Shown in pieces: positions 28,213 to 38,886 of a stretch of 64,000 nucleotides of DNA. A program made the position numbers and the translations under genes. Under the pieces are notes generated by a model. The model had not been told where the DNA came from, did not search any database, and saw only the letters and a program-made list of their open reading frames with translations. Each line of letters starts with the position of its first letter. The first letter of the stretch is position 1. The DNA comes from an uncultured Pelagibacteraceae bacterium (GTDB taxonomy: Bacteria > Pseudomonadota > Alphaproteobacteria > Pelagibacterales > AG-422-B15): contig CACCAS010000001.1 of the NCBI GenBank assembly GCA_902544065.1, positions 66,458 through 130,457 of the forward strand, given 5' to 3'.

Positions 28213-28996
28213 ATTAATAGCAATCTTTTTTTTTGTTTTTCAACCAGCTATAGCAGCTGATTTACCAAAAGAAATACCTCAAGGAAGCCTTGTTGTTGGC
28301 CAGTCATTAGATGCAGATGAAGTTATAGTAGATAATAATTCTTTAAAAGTGAGCGAAAAAGGTCACTTTGTATTTGCAGTCGGTAGGGACCATGTGGAAC
28401 CGATAAGTGTGACATATTTAAAAAATGGATCATTAATAAAAATTCATCAGATAAATATAATTATACAAGACTACGACATACAAAGAATTGACGGTTTACC
28501 AGAACAAATGGTTACACCACTTGATGATGAAATAATCGAAAGAATAATTTATGAGAACGATTTGATAAAAGAAAAGAAAAAAATAAATTTAGATCTAACT
28601 TATTTTAAAGATAGTTTTATTCAACCAACAGAAGGAATTATCAGTGGTGTTTTTGGTAGTCAAAGAATATTAAATGGAAAAGCTAAAAGTCCTCATCGTG
28701 GTTTAGATATTGCGGCTGAAACTGGAACCCCAATTTATGCCTGCAACGAAGGACTTGTCATACATGCCGAAGATGATCTTTATTACACAGGCGGAACAAT
28801 AATTCTTGATCATGGGCATGGAGTAAAATCGATTTATGCTCATTTATCTGATGTGAAAGTAAACGTAAATCAAACAGTATCAAAGGATGATATTATTGGT
28901 GAAGTAGGTTCTACAGGTCGATCAACTGGCCCTCACCTTCACTGGGGAGTAATGGTGTTTAATACCTATGTAGACCCACAATTGCTTTTAGATTAA
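28196..28996 (+). CDS. M23 family metallopeptidase (secreted)
   Basis: 266 aa. Signal peptide, then 'HRGLDIAA' and 'TGPHLHWGV' zinc-binding motifs. Confidence 0.88.
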   Translation: MKIKIKLIAIFFFVFQPAIAADLPKEIPQGSLVVGQSLDADEVIVDNNSLKVSEKGHFVFAVGRDHVEPISVTYLKNGSLIKIHQINIIIQDYDIQRIDGLPEQMVTPLDDEIIERIIYENDLIKEKKKINLDLTYFKDSFIQPTEGIISGVFGSQRILNGKAKSPHRGLDIAAETGTPIYACNEGLVIHAEDDLYYTGGTIILDHGHGVKSIYAHLSDVKVNVNQTVSKDDIIGEVGSTGRSTGPHLHWGVMVFNTYVDPQLLLD

Positions 28997-29016
28997 TTTT
29001 TTAAAAAAAAATAGAC

Positions 29017-29892
29017 TTATATTTTCCATCTATTGTGGAACCAAAAATATTGTTCAGGGTACTTAGCAATCATTTTTTGATAAAATGAGGATATTTGAGC
29101 TGAAATTTTATAAATATTTTCTTCATTACTTTCTTTATCTTTTGTATCAATGCACTCAATAACCTCAAATTTAAAATTATTATCATTTGTTCGTATTGCC
29201 CAGGCTAAAAATATTTTACATTTTGCTTTCAAAGCAATTTGAGCAGGAAGTGTCGAGATATTCATTTCCTTATTAAAAAATTTAACCTTTGTTCCTGAAG
29301 ACAATTGTTGATCTGCCAAGAGGGCAATAGAACTTCCTTTATTGAATTGATTTAATAGCTGTCTCGTCCCTGATCTGTTTTTACTATAACATTGAACGCT
29401 ATATTTGCGTCTTAGTTGTTTTACAACAAAATTTATCAGAGGATTATTTGGTTCTCTTACTATCGCTGAGACCCTATTCATCTTACTTCGAAGAGCCATC
29501 CCAGGTATTTCCCAATTTGAACTATGACCTGATACAATTACGCTATGTTTAGTTTCATCAAATACATCATCTGAAAATTCATTATTAATAACTTCAATCT
29601 TACTCTCAAGTACACTATTCATATGGGCATATTCAGAGATCGTATAGCCAAGATTCATCCAAACCCTATTAGCTGTATTATTAATCCACTTTTTATCTTT
29701 ATCTTGAAATGCAATAGATAAATTTTTTATTAAAAGATTATGTATTGGAAGAAATGGTCCAACAGAAGTAGTAACCAATACTCCAAGAGTACGCGAGATT
29801 CTTAGAGGTAGAATTTTAAAAACTGTAAAGAAGATAATAAAAAACAAAAATTCCAGTGGATACTTTACCATGATCTTGAATAATGATTTCAT
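29017..29892 (-). CDS. lipid A biosynthesis (Kdo)2-lipid IVA acyltransferase family (LpxL/HtrB-like)
   Basis: 291 aa. N-terminal TM segment, 'SGHSSNWE' (HX4D/E-type acyltransferase motif), 'PEQYFWFHNRWK' C-terminus. Located in the lpxK-waaA cluster. Confidence 0.8.
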   Translation of the reverse strand: MKSLFKIMVKYPLEFLFFIIFFTVFKILPLRISRTLGVLVTTSVGPFLPIHNLLIKNLSIAFQDKDKKWINNTANRVWMNLGYTISEYAHMNSVLESKIEVINNEFSDDVFDETKHSVIVSGHSSNWEIPGMALRSKMNRVSAIVREPNNPLINFVVKQLRRKYSVQCYSKNRSGTRQLLNQFNKGSSIALLADQQLSSGTKVKFFNKEMNISTLPAQIALKAKCKIFLAWAIRTNDNNFKFEVIECIDTKDKESNEENIYKISAQISSFYQKMIAKYPEQYFWFHNRWKI

Positions 29893-29896
29893 TATT

Positions 29897-30871
29897 TTAA
29901 TTGATTAATTTTCCTATTAGTTTTTCAACATTCGGTATTTCAAGCTTAATCTTAAAACAATCAATGTTCTTCTGATAGTCTTCAGGAATACGAATATAGT
30001 CTTTTTCTGTCGTAATAAGTGATAAATTTTCTTTCTTTGCATTATCTAATAAGCTTTCTAAATCTTTTCTTGTGAACTGATAATGGTCGGGAAAACTTTT
30101 CTTTTTTATAACGTCGTATCCTTTGTTCTTTAGGGTATCAAAAAAGCCATCATTGTTTCCAATACCGCTAAATGCGAAATAACTTTTCTTATCAAAAACA
30201 TCTGCAGCTTTAATGTTAGCATTGTAGAATTCTAAGTTATCAAAATCATATTTTTTTGTAATATGATGTAGGTCATCTCCAACAATGACTACAAATTGTG
30301 CGGATTTTAGAGCAGGTCTTATAAGCTCCCTCAGTGGTCCTGCAGGTAAGCACATTTCATTTCCAAAACCTCTCTTGCCATTAACTGTTAGTAAACTTTT
30401 ATCTTTATGAAATGATCGATCTTGAAATCCATCATCCAACAATAATATGTCTGTTTGCTTTTCATTTATTATTCTCTCAATTGCAAAATTTCTATTTGTG
30501 GTGATGTAAGTTGGGACGTAATCTGCATAGAGCAGAGCTTCATCTCCAACCTTGTTAAACGTATCCGATTTTGAAACCTTATAGAAAAAAGATTTATTTT
30601 TAGATCCATAACCTCTCAACAATACTGATACTCTCTTATCTTTCTTTTTTATCTCCTCAATTAATGTCAGTAACGTTGAAGTTTTACCTGTTCCTCCAAT
30701 ATTTATATTACCAATACATATGATAGGGATACTGAACTTTTTATTTTTATAAAATAACGCTCTTAAGTAAAAAAGGCTTATATATATGCATGATAATGGA
30801 ATAAAAAATAATGAGACAAGATTTGCGTAGTATACTTCCTGGTACCATATTTTCAAAAAAAATTTTTCCAT
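29897..30871 (-). CDS. lpxK: tetraacyldisaccharide 4'-kinase
   Basis: 324 aa. N-terminal TM segment, P-loop 'GNINIGGTGKT', 'LLRGYG', 'LLDDGFQ'. Confidence 0.88.
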   Translation of the reverse strand: MEKFFLKIWYQEVYYANLVSLFFIPLSCIYISLFYLRALFYKNKKFSIPIICIGNINIGGTGKTSTLLTLIEEIKKKDKRVSVLLRGYGSKNKSFFYKVSKSDTFNKVGDEALLYADYVPTYITTNRNFAIERIINEKQTDILLLDDGFQDRSFHKDKSLLTVNGKRGFGNEMCLPAGPLRELIRPALKSAQFVVIVGDDLHHITKKYDFDNLEFYNANIKAADVFDKKSYFAFSGIGNNDGFFDTLKNKGYDVIKKKSFPDHYQFTRKDLESLLDNAKKENLSLITTEKDYIRIPEDYQKNIDCFKIKLEIPNVEKLIGKLIN

Positions 30872-30877
30872 AATGAA

Positions 30878-32164
30878 TCAGAGGTATTGATATATTTCTT
30901 TCAATACTTTTTTTACGGTTTCTTCACCTTCTTTTTTTAACCTGCCGACATCAACTTTTATAACCTTATTGTCTAAATTTTTATACTCTTCATGAATAAA
31001 ATGTTCTAGCTGTCTCTCATTTTTTACAATTTGTGATAATTTCATTTGATCCAAAGTCATATATACATCAGAAAAATTTTCAACGTATTCGCCATGATAT
31101 ACTTTCTTTCCATGGTACGCTGCTTCAATTGGATTTTGCCCCCCATGCATCACTAAGCTGCCACCGATAAAAATTATATCAGCTAACTTATAAAATAAAT
31201 CTAATTCACCTATTGTATCCGCTAAATAAATATGAGTATTTCTTTTAATTTTATTTCCTATTGATCTAATTGCAGTGTTTTTAATAATATTCTGATTGAT
31301 GATGTTATTTCTTTTTGGATGTCTAGGAACAACAATTGTAAGAAGATCTTTACAAGTTTTTTTTAATTTTTGAGTCACTCTACTAATAATTTCTTCTTCT
31401 CCAGGGTGTGTACTAGCTGCAAGAAATATTTTTCTACCGCCAGTCAGAACTTTGAGCTCGTCATATTTTTTAGTATCAGTAGGATCAGGAGTTAGGGCAA
31501 ATTTTAAATTGCCAGTATAATTAGTGTTTTTAATTCCAAGTTTTTCATAAAATAAAGTACTATCTGTATTTTGCGTACTGCAGGAACTAAATTTAGAAAA
31601 TAAATCTTTAGACGATGAATCAAATAAAGACCACCTTTTAAAACTTTTAATTGTCATTCTTCCGTTAATTATAATTTGGGGTATATTTTTATTATTTAGG
31701 TTATGAATAAAGTTAGGCCAAATTTCAGATTCTACAAAAACTGCAAGAGATGGCTTCCAATAATTTAGAAATCTATTTGTAAATACTGGTACATCGAAAG
31801 GAATAAATTGATGTACAACTTTACCTTTAATTCTTTTATTTATTACTTGTGCTGATGTTACAGTTCCAGATGTTATTAATATTTGATTAATAGATTGATC
31901 TTTTTCCAATTTATCTACTATTGGCAGTATTGATTGACACTCACCAATGCTGGCAGCATGAATCCAAATCAGTTTACCTTTTTTTCGCTTATATGTATTT
32001 TTCCCATACCTTTCGTTGGTCCTTTCTTGCAATTCTTTACCATTTCTTTTTCGTATAAAGATAACCAAAGGAATAAAGATGAGAGCTAAATTTGAAAATA
32101 TACGGTAGAGAAAGAATATCACTTTTTTAATTATATCCTTTATTAGCTCTTTTTGTGAGATCAT
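30878..32164 (-). CDS. waaA: 3-deoxy-D-manno-octulosonic acid (Kdo) transferase
   Basis: 428 aa. 'LIWIHAASIGE', 'VPRHPKR', 'GGSLVMHGGQNPIEAA'. Confidence 0.9.
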   Translation of the reverse strand: MISQKELIKDIIKKVIFFLYRIFSNLALIFIPLVIFIRKRNGKELQERTNERYGKNTYKRKKGKLIWIHAASIGECQSILPIVDKLEKDQSINQILITSGTVTSAQVINKRIKGKVVHQFIPFDVPVFTNRFLNYWKPSLAVFVESEIWPNFIHNLNNKNIPQIIINGRMTIKSFKRWSLFDSSSKDLFSKFSSCSTQNTDSTLFYEKLGIKNTNYTGNLKFALTPDPTDTKKYDELKVLTGGRKIFLAASTHPGEEEIISRVTQKLKKTCKDLLTIVVPRHPKRNNIINQNIIKNTAIRSIGNKIKRNTHIYLADTIGELDLFYKLADIIFIGGSLVMHGGQNPIEAAYHGKKVYHGEYVENFSDVYMTLDQMKLSQIVKNERQLEHFIHEEYKNLDNKVIKVDVGRLKKEGEETVKKVLKEIYQYL

Positions 32165-32807
32165 TCATTTGATTCTCAAGCGTTTCTTTTGTTTGCTTAA
32201 CCTTTGTATTTTTTTTACTTACTTTAATTGGTTTGCCCCAAATTATAGTTATTTCATTAAACGGCTTTGGAATAATGAACTGATCCCACGTATTTAATTT
32301 CCATTTATTTTTAAATCCAATGCCCACAGGAACAATCACTGAATTGCTCAGCTTTGCGATACTAATTATACCGTCACTTACTTTATGTCTTGGTCCTTTA
32401 GGCCCATCTGGGGAAATGCCAATACAGATATTTTCTTGAAGCGATTTTATCATTTTTCTAGCTGACAAAATGCCACCCTTATTTTTAGTTTTGTTGGATT
32501 TGTGAGTTGATCCTCGTATCGCGCTAAAGCCTAAATGCGAAATGACTTTAGATATTATATCTCCGTCACGATGCTTTGATATAAGAACTCTTATAGGTTT
32601 TTTATTTTGCCACGTAAGGGGACAAATTAAAAGTTGGTCGTGCCAAAAAGAATAAATAAAAGACTCATTTTTTTTAAACAGCCCGCTAATATTTTTTCGA
32701 TCTTTAAATTTTATTTTCGAGGACTTGTGTACAAATAAAATATATAGAGATCCTAAGTACGATATTATATTTTGCGCAATTACTTTACTTGCAAGATACT
32801 TTATCAT
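32127..32807 (-). CDS. DUF374 domain protein (lysophospholipid-acyltransferase-like fold)
   Basis: 226 aa. 'WHDQLL' and 'ISKHRDGDIISKV...GFSAIRGS' as in DUF374. Overlaps waaA by 38 nt. Confidence 0.75.
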   Translation of the reverse strand: MIKYLASKVIAQNIISYLGSLYILFVHKSSKIKFKDRKNISGLFKKNESFIYSFWHDQLLICPLTWQNKKPIRVLISKHRDGDIISKVISHLGFSAIRGSTHKSNKTKNKGGILSARKMIKSLQENICIGISPDGPKGPRHKVSDGIISIAKLSNSVIVPVGIGFKNKWKLNTWDQFIIPKPFNEITIIWGKPIKVSKKNTKVKQTKETLENQMNDLTKRANKGYN

Positions 32808-32811
32808 TAAA

Positions 32812-34542
32812 TTAAAATTCGCGTTCGTATAATTTCTTATAAATGCCGTTCTTTAATAGCAACTCTTCATGATTGCCGCTTTCAACAATTTTTCCATCAT
32901 CTAGAACTATAATTTGATCTGCATTTATTATGGTACTTAGCCTATGAGCTATTACCAAAGTTGTTCTTTCTTTCATCAGTTTTTTGATCGCTTCCTGGAC
33001 AAGGCTTTCCGACTCGGTATCTAAACTTGAGGTTGCTTCATCCAATAGTAGTATTGGTGCATTTTTTAAAAAAGCTCTTGCAATTGAGATTCTTTGTTTT
33101 TGACCGCCTGAAAGACTATATCCCTTCTCTCCAATTATCGTATCATATCCATTTGGCAGTTCAGAAATAAATGAGTCCGCTGCAGCGGATTTTGCAGCAC
33201 TGATTATTTCTTCGTCAGTAGAGTTGGGTCTGCTGTAGAGAATATTTTCTTTTATGGACATATCAAATAGAATTGGTTCCTGACTAACTAAAGCAATCAC
33301 TGACCTGACTGAAGAAATTGTCAAATCTTTTATATTTTGTCCGTCAATTTTTAGTTCACCTGAGTCGGGATCATAGAATCTTGGTATAAGATTTAAAATA
33401 GACGATTTACCTGATCCACTTGGTCCCACTAAAGCAGTAGTTTTTCCGTGGGGAATATTAAGACTTACTTTCTTTAGCGCTGAATTGGTCTGTCCTTCAT
33501 AAGAGAGAGTAACCTCATGTAAATCAATATTAGATTTATTTAATGATAGATCTCTCGCATCTTTTTTTTCGTTAATCAAGCTTTTTTGGTCTAATAAACC
33601 GAATACTCTTATAGCTGCTGCGAAACCTTCTTGAAGAGTTGTATTTATTGAGGCGAGTCTTCTAAGCGGTTGAAATGCTAACATCATTGCTCCAAGAAAT
33701 GATACGAATTCGTTCAGAGGCAGTTCTCCTTGAAGGCCTCTCAAGCCAGCATAATATAGTGTTCCTGCAATACCAAATCCGGCAAGAAACTCTGCAAACG
33801 GTGAAGCTGCTCCGCGTGCATTTGCCCCTCTAAGAATTTTTTGAACTCTTCTCCAGACTGAGTTGCTGAGTTTCTCAATCTCTTTTTCTTCCTGTTGATA
33901 GGCCTTAACAACTCTAGTTCCATCAAGATTCTCAGAGAGTATTGAGGCAAGCACTCCCGTTTCTTCTTGTGTTTCTGTTGAAGCTTTTTTTACTCGTTTA
34001 CCTAATCTTCTAGTCAATACACCAACTAAAGGAAATGCTATTATAGCGATTGTTGCTAACTGCCAGTCTTGGTAATACATAACGCCAAGTAGGCAAACGA
34101 GTGTCAGTAAATCCTTAACTCCATTAGCAAGACTGCTACTAACTGCATCTTGAAGTAAAGTAACGTCATATAGAAAATTAGAAATTATTTTTGCTGAGTG
34201 TATTTTATGAAGCCAAGATAAGTCAGCATTAATAATTTTTCTAAATAATTTGATTTGTGTATCTGCGATAACATTTTGAGCTACCCCATTTAAAAGTACA
34301 ACCTGGATATAAGTTGCGACACTCTTAATTAGTAATGTAAGAATTATTGCAATTGGTATCAACAGCAACATTGACTCATCTTTATCTAGAAAAATTTTGT
34401 CAATTGCGGGGTCAAGCAGCCATGCAGTCGCGCCTGTTGAAAGGGCTATTATTATCATAAAGAATAATGAACTTGCCAATCTTGAGGTGTAAGGTCTTAT
34501 ACTATCTCTAAATAACCTTGCTAATATCTGCGATCCAGTCAT
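32812..34542 (-). CDS. msbA: ABC transporter permease/ATPase, MsbA-like lipid A exporter
   Basis: 576 aa. Six-TM domain plus Walker A 'GPSGSGKSS', signature 'LSGGQKQR' and Walker B 'ILLLDEATS'. Heads the lipid A/Kdo cluster. Confidence 0.88.
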   Translation of the reverse strand: MTGSQILARLFRDSIRPYTSRLASSLFFMIIIALSTGATAWLLDPAIDKIFLDKDESMLLLIPIAIILTLLIKSVATYIQVVLLNGVAQNVIADTQIKLFRKIINADLSWLHKIHSAKIISNFLYDVTLLQDAVSSSLANGVKDLLTLVCLLGVMYYQDWQLATIAIIAFPLVGVLTRRLGKRVKKASTETQEETGVLASILSENLDGTRVVKAYQQEEKEIEKLSNSVWRRVQKILRGANARGAASPFAEFLAGFGIAGTLYYAGLRGLQGELPLNEFVSFLGAMMLAFQPLRRLASINTTLQEGFAAAIRVFGLLDQKSLINEKKDARDLSLNKSNIDLHEVTLSYEGQTNSALKKVSLNIPHGKTTALVGPSGSGKSSILNLIPRFYDPDSGELKIDGQNIKDLTISSVRSVIALVSQEPILFDMSIKENILYSRPNSTDEEIISAAKSAAADSFISELPNGYDTIIGEKGYSLSGGQKQRISIARAFLKNAPILLLDEATSSLDTESESLVQEAIKKLMKERTTLVIAHRLSTIINADQIIVLDDGKIVESGNHEELLLKNGIYKKLYEREF

Positions 34543-34608
34543 GAGAAAGTATTCATAATACTATTACAAAAAATTTAAATCTAAATATTAGTTTATGGCT
34601 AAAAAAGC

Positions 34609-35940
34609 TTATTTTCCCGCTAGTGTCATATTCTCAATTAGAACTGTAGGAGCATTGGTTCGGTACTTGAACTCAAGATCGTTAGCTGCGGATAAATTCA
34701 AAAACATTTCTGTGAGATTTGAAGCTATCGTTACTTCACTTACAGCATGAGTAATCTCGCCATTTTCTATCAACATACCACTAGCCCCCATACTATAATC
34801 ACCTGTAACTAAGTTAACACCCATTCCAATTAGTTCGGTTGCATAAAAACCATATTTAATAGATTTGATCATATCATCATAGGAAAGTATTCCATTAGTC
34901 ATAAAAAAATTTGATGTCGATACGCCTGGAGGTGTTCCAACAGAACGTGATGCATTTCCTGTTGTTTTAAAGTTAAGTTTCTTTGCTGTTGAGGTATTTA
35001 AAATCCAAGTATTGAGTTTTCCATTGGATACAATTTCTTTTTTACTGACTTGAATTCCTTCTCCATCAAATGGTTTAGAGCCCAATCCCTTTAATATTCC
35101 TGGATCATCGATTATGGTTATATCCTTTTTGAATATTTGTTTTCCTAAACTATCCTTTAGAAAACTCGTTCCTCTTGCGATAGACGGACCTGATATTGCT
35201 CCAGCAAGATATCCAATTAAACCATTACTAATTCTTTTATCAAATATTACTGGAAGTTTTGTTGATTTTATTTTTTTTGGATTTAAACGCTTTAATGTTT
35301 TGTTTGCTGCTGATGTTCCGATTTCTTTTGCTGAACGCAAATCTGAAAAATGTCTAGATACAGAGTAATCATAATCCCTTTCCATACTTTGTCCTTCACC
35401 AGCTAGAACGGAGCAAGATATAGAATTTGTTGATGATTTGTATCCTCCCTCGAAGCCATTACTAGTTGCTAAGTAGAATTCGCCCTGCGAATAAGATGCT
35501 CCGGCCCCTTCTGAATTACTTATACCGGGCACTGAAAGAGCTGCATCTTCACACTCTTTAACAGAGTCTATTAGAACTTCGGTATTAGTCTCTTCACTTT
35601 GATGTAGTTCTAAATTACCTATTTCGTTTTCAAACAACGAACTGTCGCCTAAGACAGCCGTATCATCATTAGGTGCTAATTTTGCCATGGATACACATTT
35701 ATTTACAAGTATTTCTATATTATCATCATCAACCTCAGATGAAGAAACAAAAGCTTGCTTCTGATCAACTAGTGCTCTTATTCCAATAGTGCTATCATTT
35801 GACTCTTCAAGATCTTCTATATTCTGTTTTCTGCAGCTGATTGATTTACCACTTGACTTTGCAAGCACAACATCGCAATCAGTAGCTCCACTTTTGAGAG
35901 TCTTTTCAATAATTTTTTGAGCTGTAATTTCAAAATCCAT
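34609..35940 (-). CDS. pmbA: TldD/PmbA-family metalloprotease
   Basis: 443 aa with family-typical length and C-terminal 'GDYSMGASGMLIENGEI'. The PmbA versus TldD choice is tentative. Confidence 0.8.
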   Translation of the reverse strand: MDFEITAQKIIEKTLKSGATDCDVVLAKSSGKSISCRKQNIEDLEESNDSTIGIRALVDQKQAFVSSSEVDDDNIEILVNKCVSMAKLAPNDDTAVLGDSSLFENEIGNLELHQSEETNTEVLIDSVKECEDAALSVPGISNSEGAGASYSQGEFYLATSNGFEGGYKSSTNSISCSVLAGEGQSMERDYDYSVSRHFSDLRSAKEIGTSAANKTLKRLNPKKIKSTKLPVIFDKRISNGLIGYLAGAISGPSIARGTSFLKDSLGKQIFKKDITIIDDPGILKGLGSKPFDGEGIQVSKKEIVSNGKLNTWILNTSTAKKLNFKTTGNASRSVGTPPGVSTSNFFMTNGILSYDDMIKSIKYGFYATELIGMGVNLVTGDYSMGASGMLIENGEITHAVSEVTIASNLTEMFLNLSAANDLEFKYRTNAPTVLIENMTLAGK

Positions 35941-35943
35941 ATA

Positions 35944-36810
35944 TTAAATTAGTGTCAGTAGTAAAGAGATCATAATCAGGGCGCCAGTATACCGATTACT
36001 TTTGAAAATTTCTAGACATGCATCACTATTATAAATATCTAGTTTGAATAATTGAAATAACAAATGAATTCCTACGAGAACAACTGCAGTATAATATAAG
36101 TATTCAAAACCAGATAATCGGCCAAAGATTAACAGACATATAATCATTAAAGAATAAAAAGCAGAAATCCATAATTTGGAATTATCTCCAAACAAAATAG
36201 CAGTTGATTTTATCCCAATTCTTAAGTCATCTTCTCGGTCCTGGTGCGCATATATTGTATCGTAACCTAAAGTCCAAAATATTCCTGCAACATATAAGAA
36301 GAAAATAGATAAAGAAATATTCCCATTAATGGATACAAATCCAATAATAACACCAATATTAAAAGTTAGACCAAGAAATAACTGTGGCCAGTACGTAATC
36401 CTTTTCATTAAAGGGTACAATATAAAAAGAAAAAATGAAATAAATCCGACAGTAATTGCCATCTTGTTTAATGAAAGTAATATTGCAAGTCCGACTAGAC
36501 ACAAAAAACAAAATATTATGATTGCTTCAAATGAGCTTATGGCTCCGCTTGCTAAAGGCCTTTTTGATGTTCTGCTTACATGCTTATCAAGATCTTTATC
36601 AAATAAATCATTTATAACACACCCTGCAGATCTCATTACGACCGATCCAATGGCAAATAATATAATGGTGTTAAGATTATTATGTATATCTTTAAACGAG
36701 TTAAAAGCTGCAAATATTCCCCAAAAACAGGGTAACATAAGTAATATAAATCCATTCGGCTGATGGAGTCTTAATAAATGAATATACTTCTGCAACTTGT
36801 ATTTCCTCAA
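35944..36810 (-). CDS. ubiA: 4-hydroxybenzoate polyprenyltransferase
   Basis: 288 aa polytopic protein. 'NDLFDKDLDKHVSRTSKRPLASG' and 'YAHQDREDD' Asp-rich motifs. Confidence 0.9.
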   Translation of the reverse strand: MRKYKLQKYIHLLRLHQPNGFILLMLPCFWGIFAAFNSFKDIHNNLNTIILFAIGSVVMRSAGCVINDLFDKDLDKHVSRTSKRPLASGAISSFEAIIIFCFLCLVGLAILLSLNKMAITVGFISFFLFILYPLMKRITYWPQLFLGLTFNIGVIIGFVSINGNISLSIFFLYVAGIFWTLGYDTIYAHQDREDDLRIGIKSTAILFGDNSKLWISAFYSLMIICLLIFGRLSGFEYLYYTAVVLVGIHLLFQLFKLDIYNSDACLEIFKSNRYTGALIMISLLLTLI

Positions 36811-36839
36811 AACTAATATTATGAATTTAATATATATAA

Positions 36840-37559
36840 ATGAATAAGATAAAAAATAGAATTTTTATAACTTCAAACTTAAAGGCGGGAGAGACAGTTT
36901 CTTTAGGTGATGATAAATCTCATTATTTAAACAATGTTCTTAGGTGTAAAATCGGTGACCATATTTCTCTTTTCAATGAAAAATCTGAATGTATAGCTGA
37001 AGTTGTAAGCAATGCTAAAAACGGATGTAAACTTAAATTAATGGAATGTAAGAAAAATGAGATCGATAAACATAAGATAACTCTGTTTTTCTCACCAATA
37101 AAGAGAACTCCCATGGAGTTTATGGTGCAGAAATGTACAGAGATTGGGATCAGTTCTTTCCAGCCAGTATTAATGGAGAGAACTAATAATAAAAAAATTA
37201 ATTTTGAGAGATTAAAGCTTATCTCTATAGAGGCATCGGAGCAGTCTAGTAGGGTAAATTTGCCTTTATTTAATAATTTAATTTCTATTAGAGAAATGAT
37301 TAAAACTATGAGTCATGATAAACTTATCTTTTGCTCACTAGAAAAAAATACCAGTTTAATTAATAAAATAAATTTATCTCTTAATGAAAGTATAGGAATT
37401 ATAATTGGCCCAGAAGGTGACTTTTCTCCAAACGAATTGACAGATTTAGGGAGTATGAAAAATTCTGTGCCAGTAACCCTAGGTAGTAATATTCTTAAAT
37501 CTGAAACAGCTGGGGTTGTGGCTTCCTCGCTTGTAATGAACAGCATATATAATGATTAA
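36840..37559 (+). CDS. rsmE: 16S rRNA (uracil1498-N3)-methyltransferase
   Basis: 239 aa. 'EQSSRVNLP' and 'IIIGPEGDFSPNE', with a SPOUT-fold C-terminus. Confidence 0.85.
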   Translation: MNKIKNRIFITSNLKAGETVSLGDDKSHYLNNVLRCKIGDHISLFNEKSECIAEVVSNAKNGCKLKLMECKKNEIDKHKITLFFSPIKRTPMEFMVQKCTEIGISSFQPVLMERTNNKKINFERLKLISIEASEQSSRVNLPLFNNLISIREMIKTMSHDKLIFCSLEKNTSLINKINLSLNESIGIIIGPEGDFSPNELTDLGSMKNSVPVTLGSNILKSETAGVVASSLVMNSIYND

Positions 37560-38886
37560 TAAAAAAGATTTAATAAATTACTTCAGTAAAGGAATAAAGA
37601 AAGATGACTCTCTAAGAATTGGCACTGAACATGAGAAATTTATCTTCAAGCAAAATGATTTATCTTTGATCCCCTATGATGGCGATGTGAGCATACAAAC
37701 TATCTTTCAGGATTTTGTTAAAGACGGATGGAAAGAAGTGAAAGAAGGTAATAATACAATTGCTCTCACAAAAAATAATGCAAGCATAACTCTTGAACCG
37801 GGAGGTCAATTTGAGTTATCTGGTGCTCCACTTAAATCAGTTCATGAAACATGTAGTGAAATCAACAGTCATTTGGATTTAACTAAAAACTTAGAAAAAA
37901 AATATAACATTGGATTTTTAGGAATTGGCTTCTTGCCCGTAGGAACACTAGAAGAAATACCAATGGTTCCTAAAAAAAGATATGCAGATATTATGACACC
38001 CTATATGAGGTCACTTGGCGGGTTGGGTTTAGAGATGATGTATCAATCTGCAACCGTACAAGCAAATTTTGATTTTACTTCAGAAGAAGATATGGGAAAA
38101 AAAATTAACGTTTCTTCTGTACTTCAACCATTAGTTACAGGCTTATTTGCTAACTCACCTTTTAAAAATAAAGAAATATCAGGCTATGAAAGTTATAGAG
38201 GATATGTGTGGACGAGAACTGACGAAGATCGAACAGGCATACCCAAATTTCTAACTGAGCCAAATATGAGTTTTGAGAAATATACAGACTTTGCTCTAGA
38301 TATACCTGTTTATGCCCTGATAAGAGATGGTAATTATATTAAATGCACAGATTATTCATTTTCAGACTTAATTGAGGGCAAGCATAACGAATTTTCTAAA
38401 GATCAAATTACAATTAAAGATTGGGCTGATCATATTTCTACTATATTCACCGAAGTGAGATTAAAAACATTCATTGAAATGAGAGGAGCTGATGCAGGTG
38501 GGTATGATACATTATGTGCATTGCCTGCTTTTTGGACAGGTTTACTTTATGATGAAACTGCTCTTGAGGAGGCTTTGAGCATCACAAGACAGTTCGATTA
38601 CGGTGATTTAATGAATTTTAGAGCAGACATTTTAAAGAATGGCCTTAACTCAACTATTAATAATATTGAAGGATGGGATTTAGCAGAACAAATAGTAAAA
38701 ATTTCCTCAGAGGGTTTAAACAGACGTGGAAAATTAAATTTATATGGTGATAGTGAAGCAGTTCATCTAGATTTTCTTAAAGAAATTATTAAAAGCAAAG
38801 AGTCAAATTCAAAGCGGATGATTAAAAAATACTATGCCCAAGATACCCTTAATCAGAAAGAGCTTTTTCAAAAGGAGTCTTTTTAG
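37552..38886 (+). CDS. gshA: glutamate-cysteine ligase, plant/alphaproteobacterial type (GCS2)
   Basis: 444 aa. 'GTEHEKF', 'ITLEPGGQFELSGAP', 'TVQANFD', 'FTEVRLKTFIEMRGAD'. Confidence 0.88.
   Translation: MINKKDLINYFSKGIKKDDSLRIGTEHEKFIFKQNDLSLIPYDGDVSIQTIFQDFVKDGWKEVKEGNNTIALTKNNASITLEPGGQFELSGAPLKSVHETCSEINSHLDLTKNLEKKYNIGFLGIGFLPVGTLEEIPMVPKKRYADIMTPYMRSLGGLGLEMMYQSATVQANFDFTSEEDMGKKINVSSVLQPLVTGLFANSPFKNKEISGYESYRGYVWTRTDEDRTGIPKFLTEPNMSFEKYTDFALDIPVYALIRDGNYIKCTDYSFSDLIEGKHNEFSKDQITIKDWADHISTIFTEVRLKTFIEMRGADAGGYDTLCALPAFWTGLLYDETALEEALSITRQFDYGDLMNFRADILKNGLNSTINNIEGWDLAEQIVKISSEGLNRRGKLNLYGDSEAVHLDFLKEIIKSKESNSKRMIKKYYAQDTLNQKELFQKESF

Noticed and set aside
36329-36763. 144-aa plus-strand ORF
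   Set aside because: It is antisense to ubiA, which carries clear Asp-rich prenyltransferase motifs. It is a shadow ORF.
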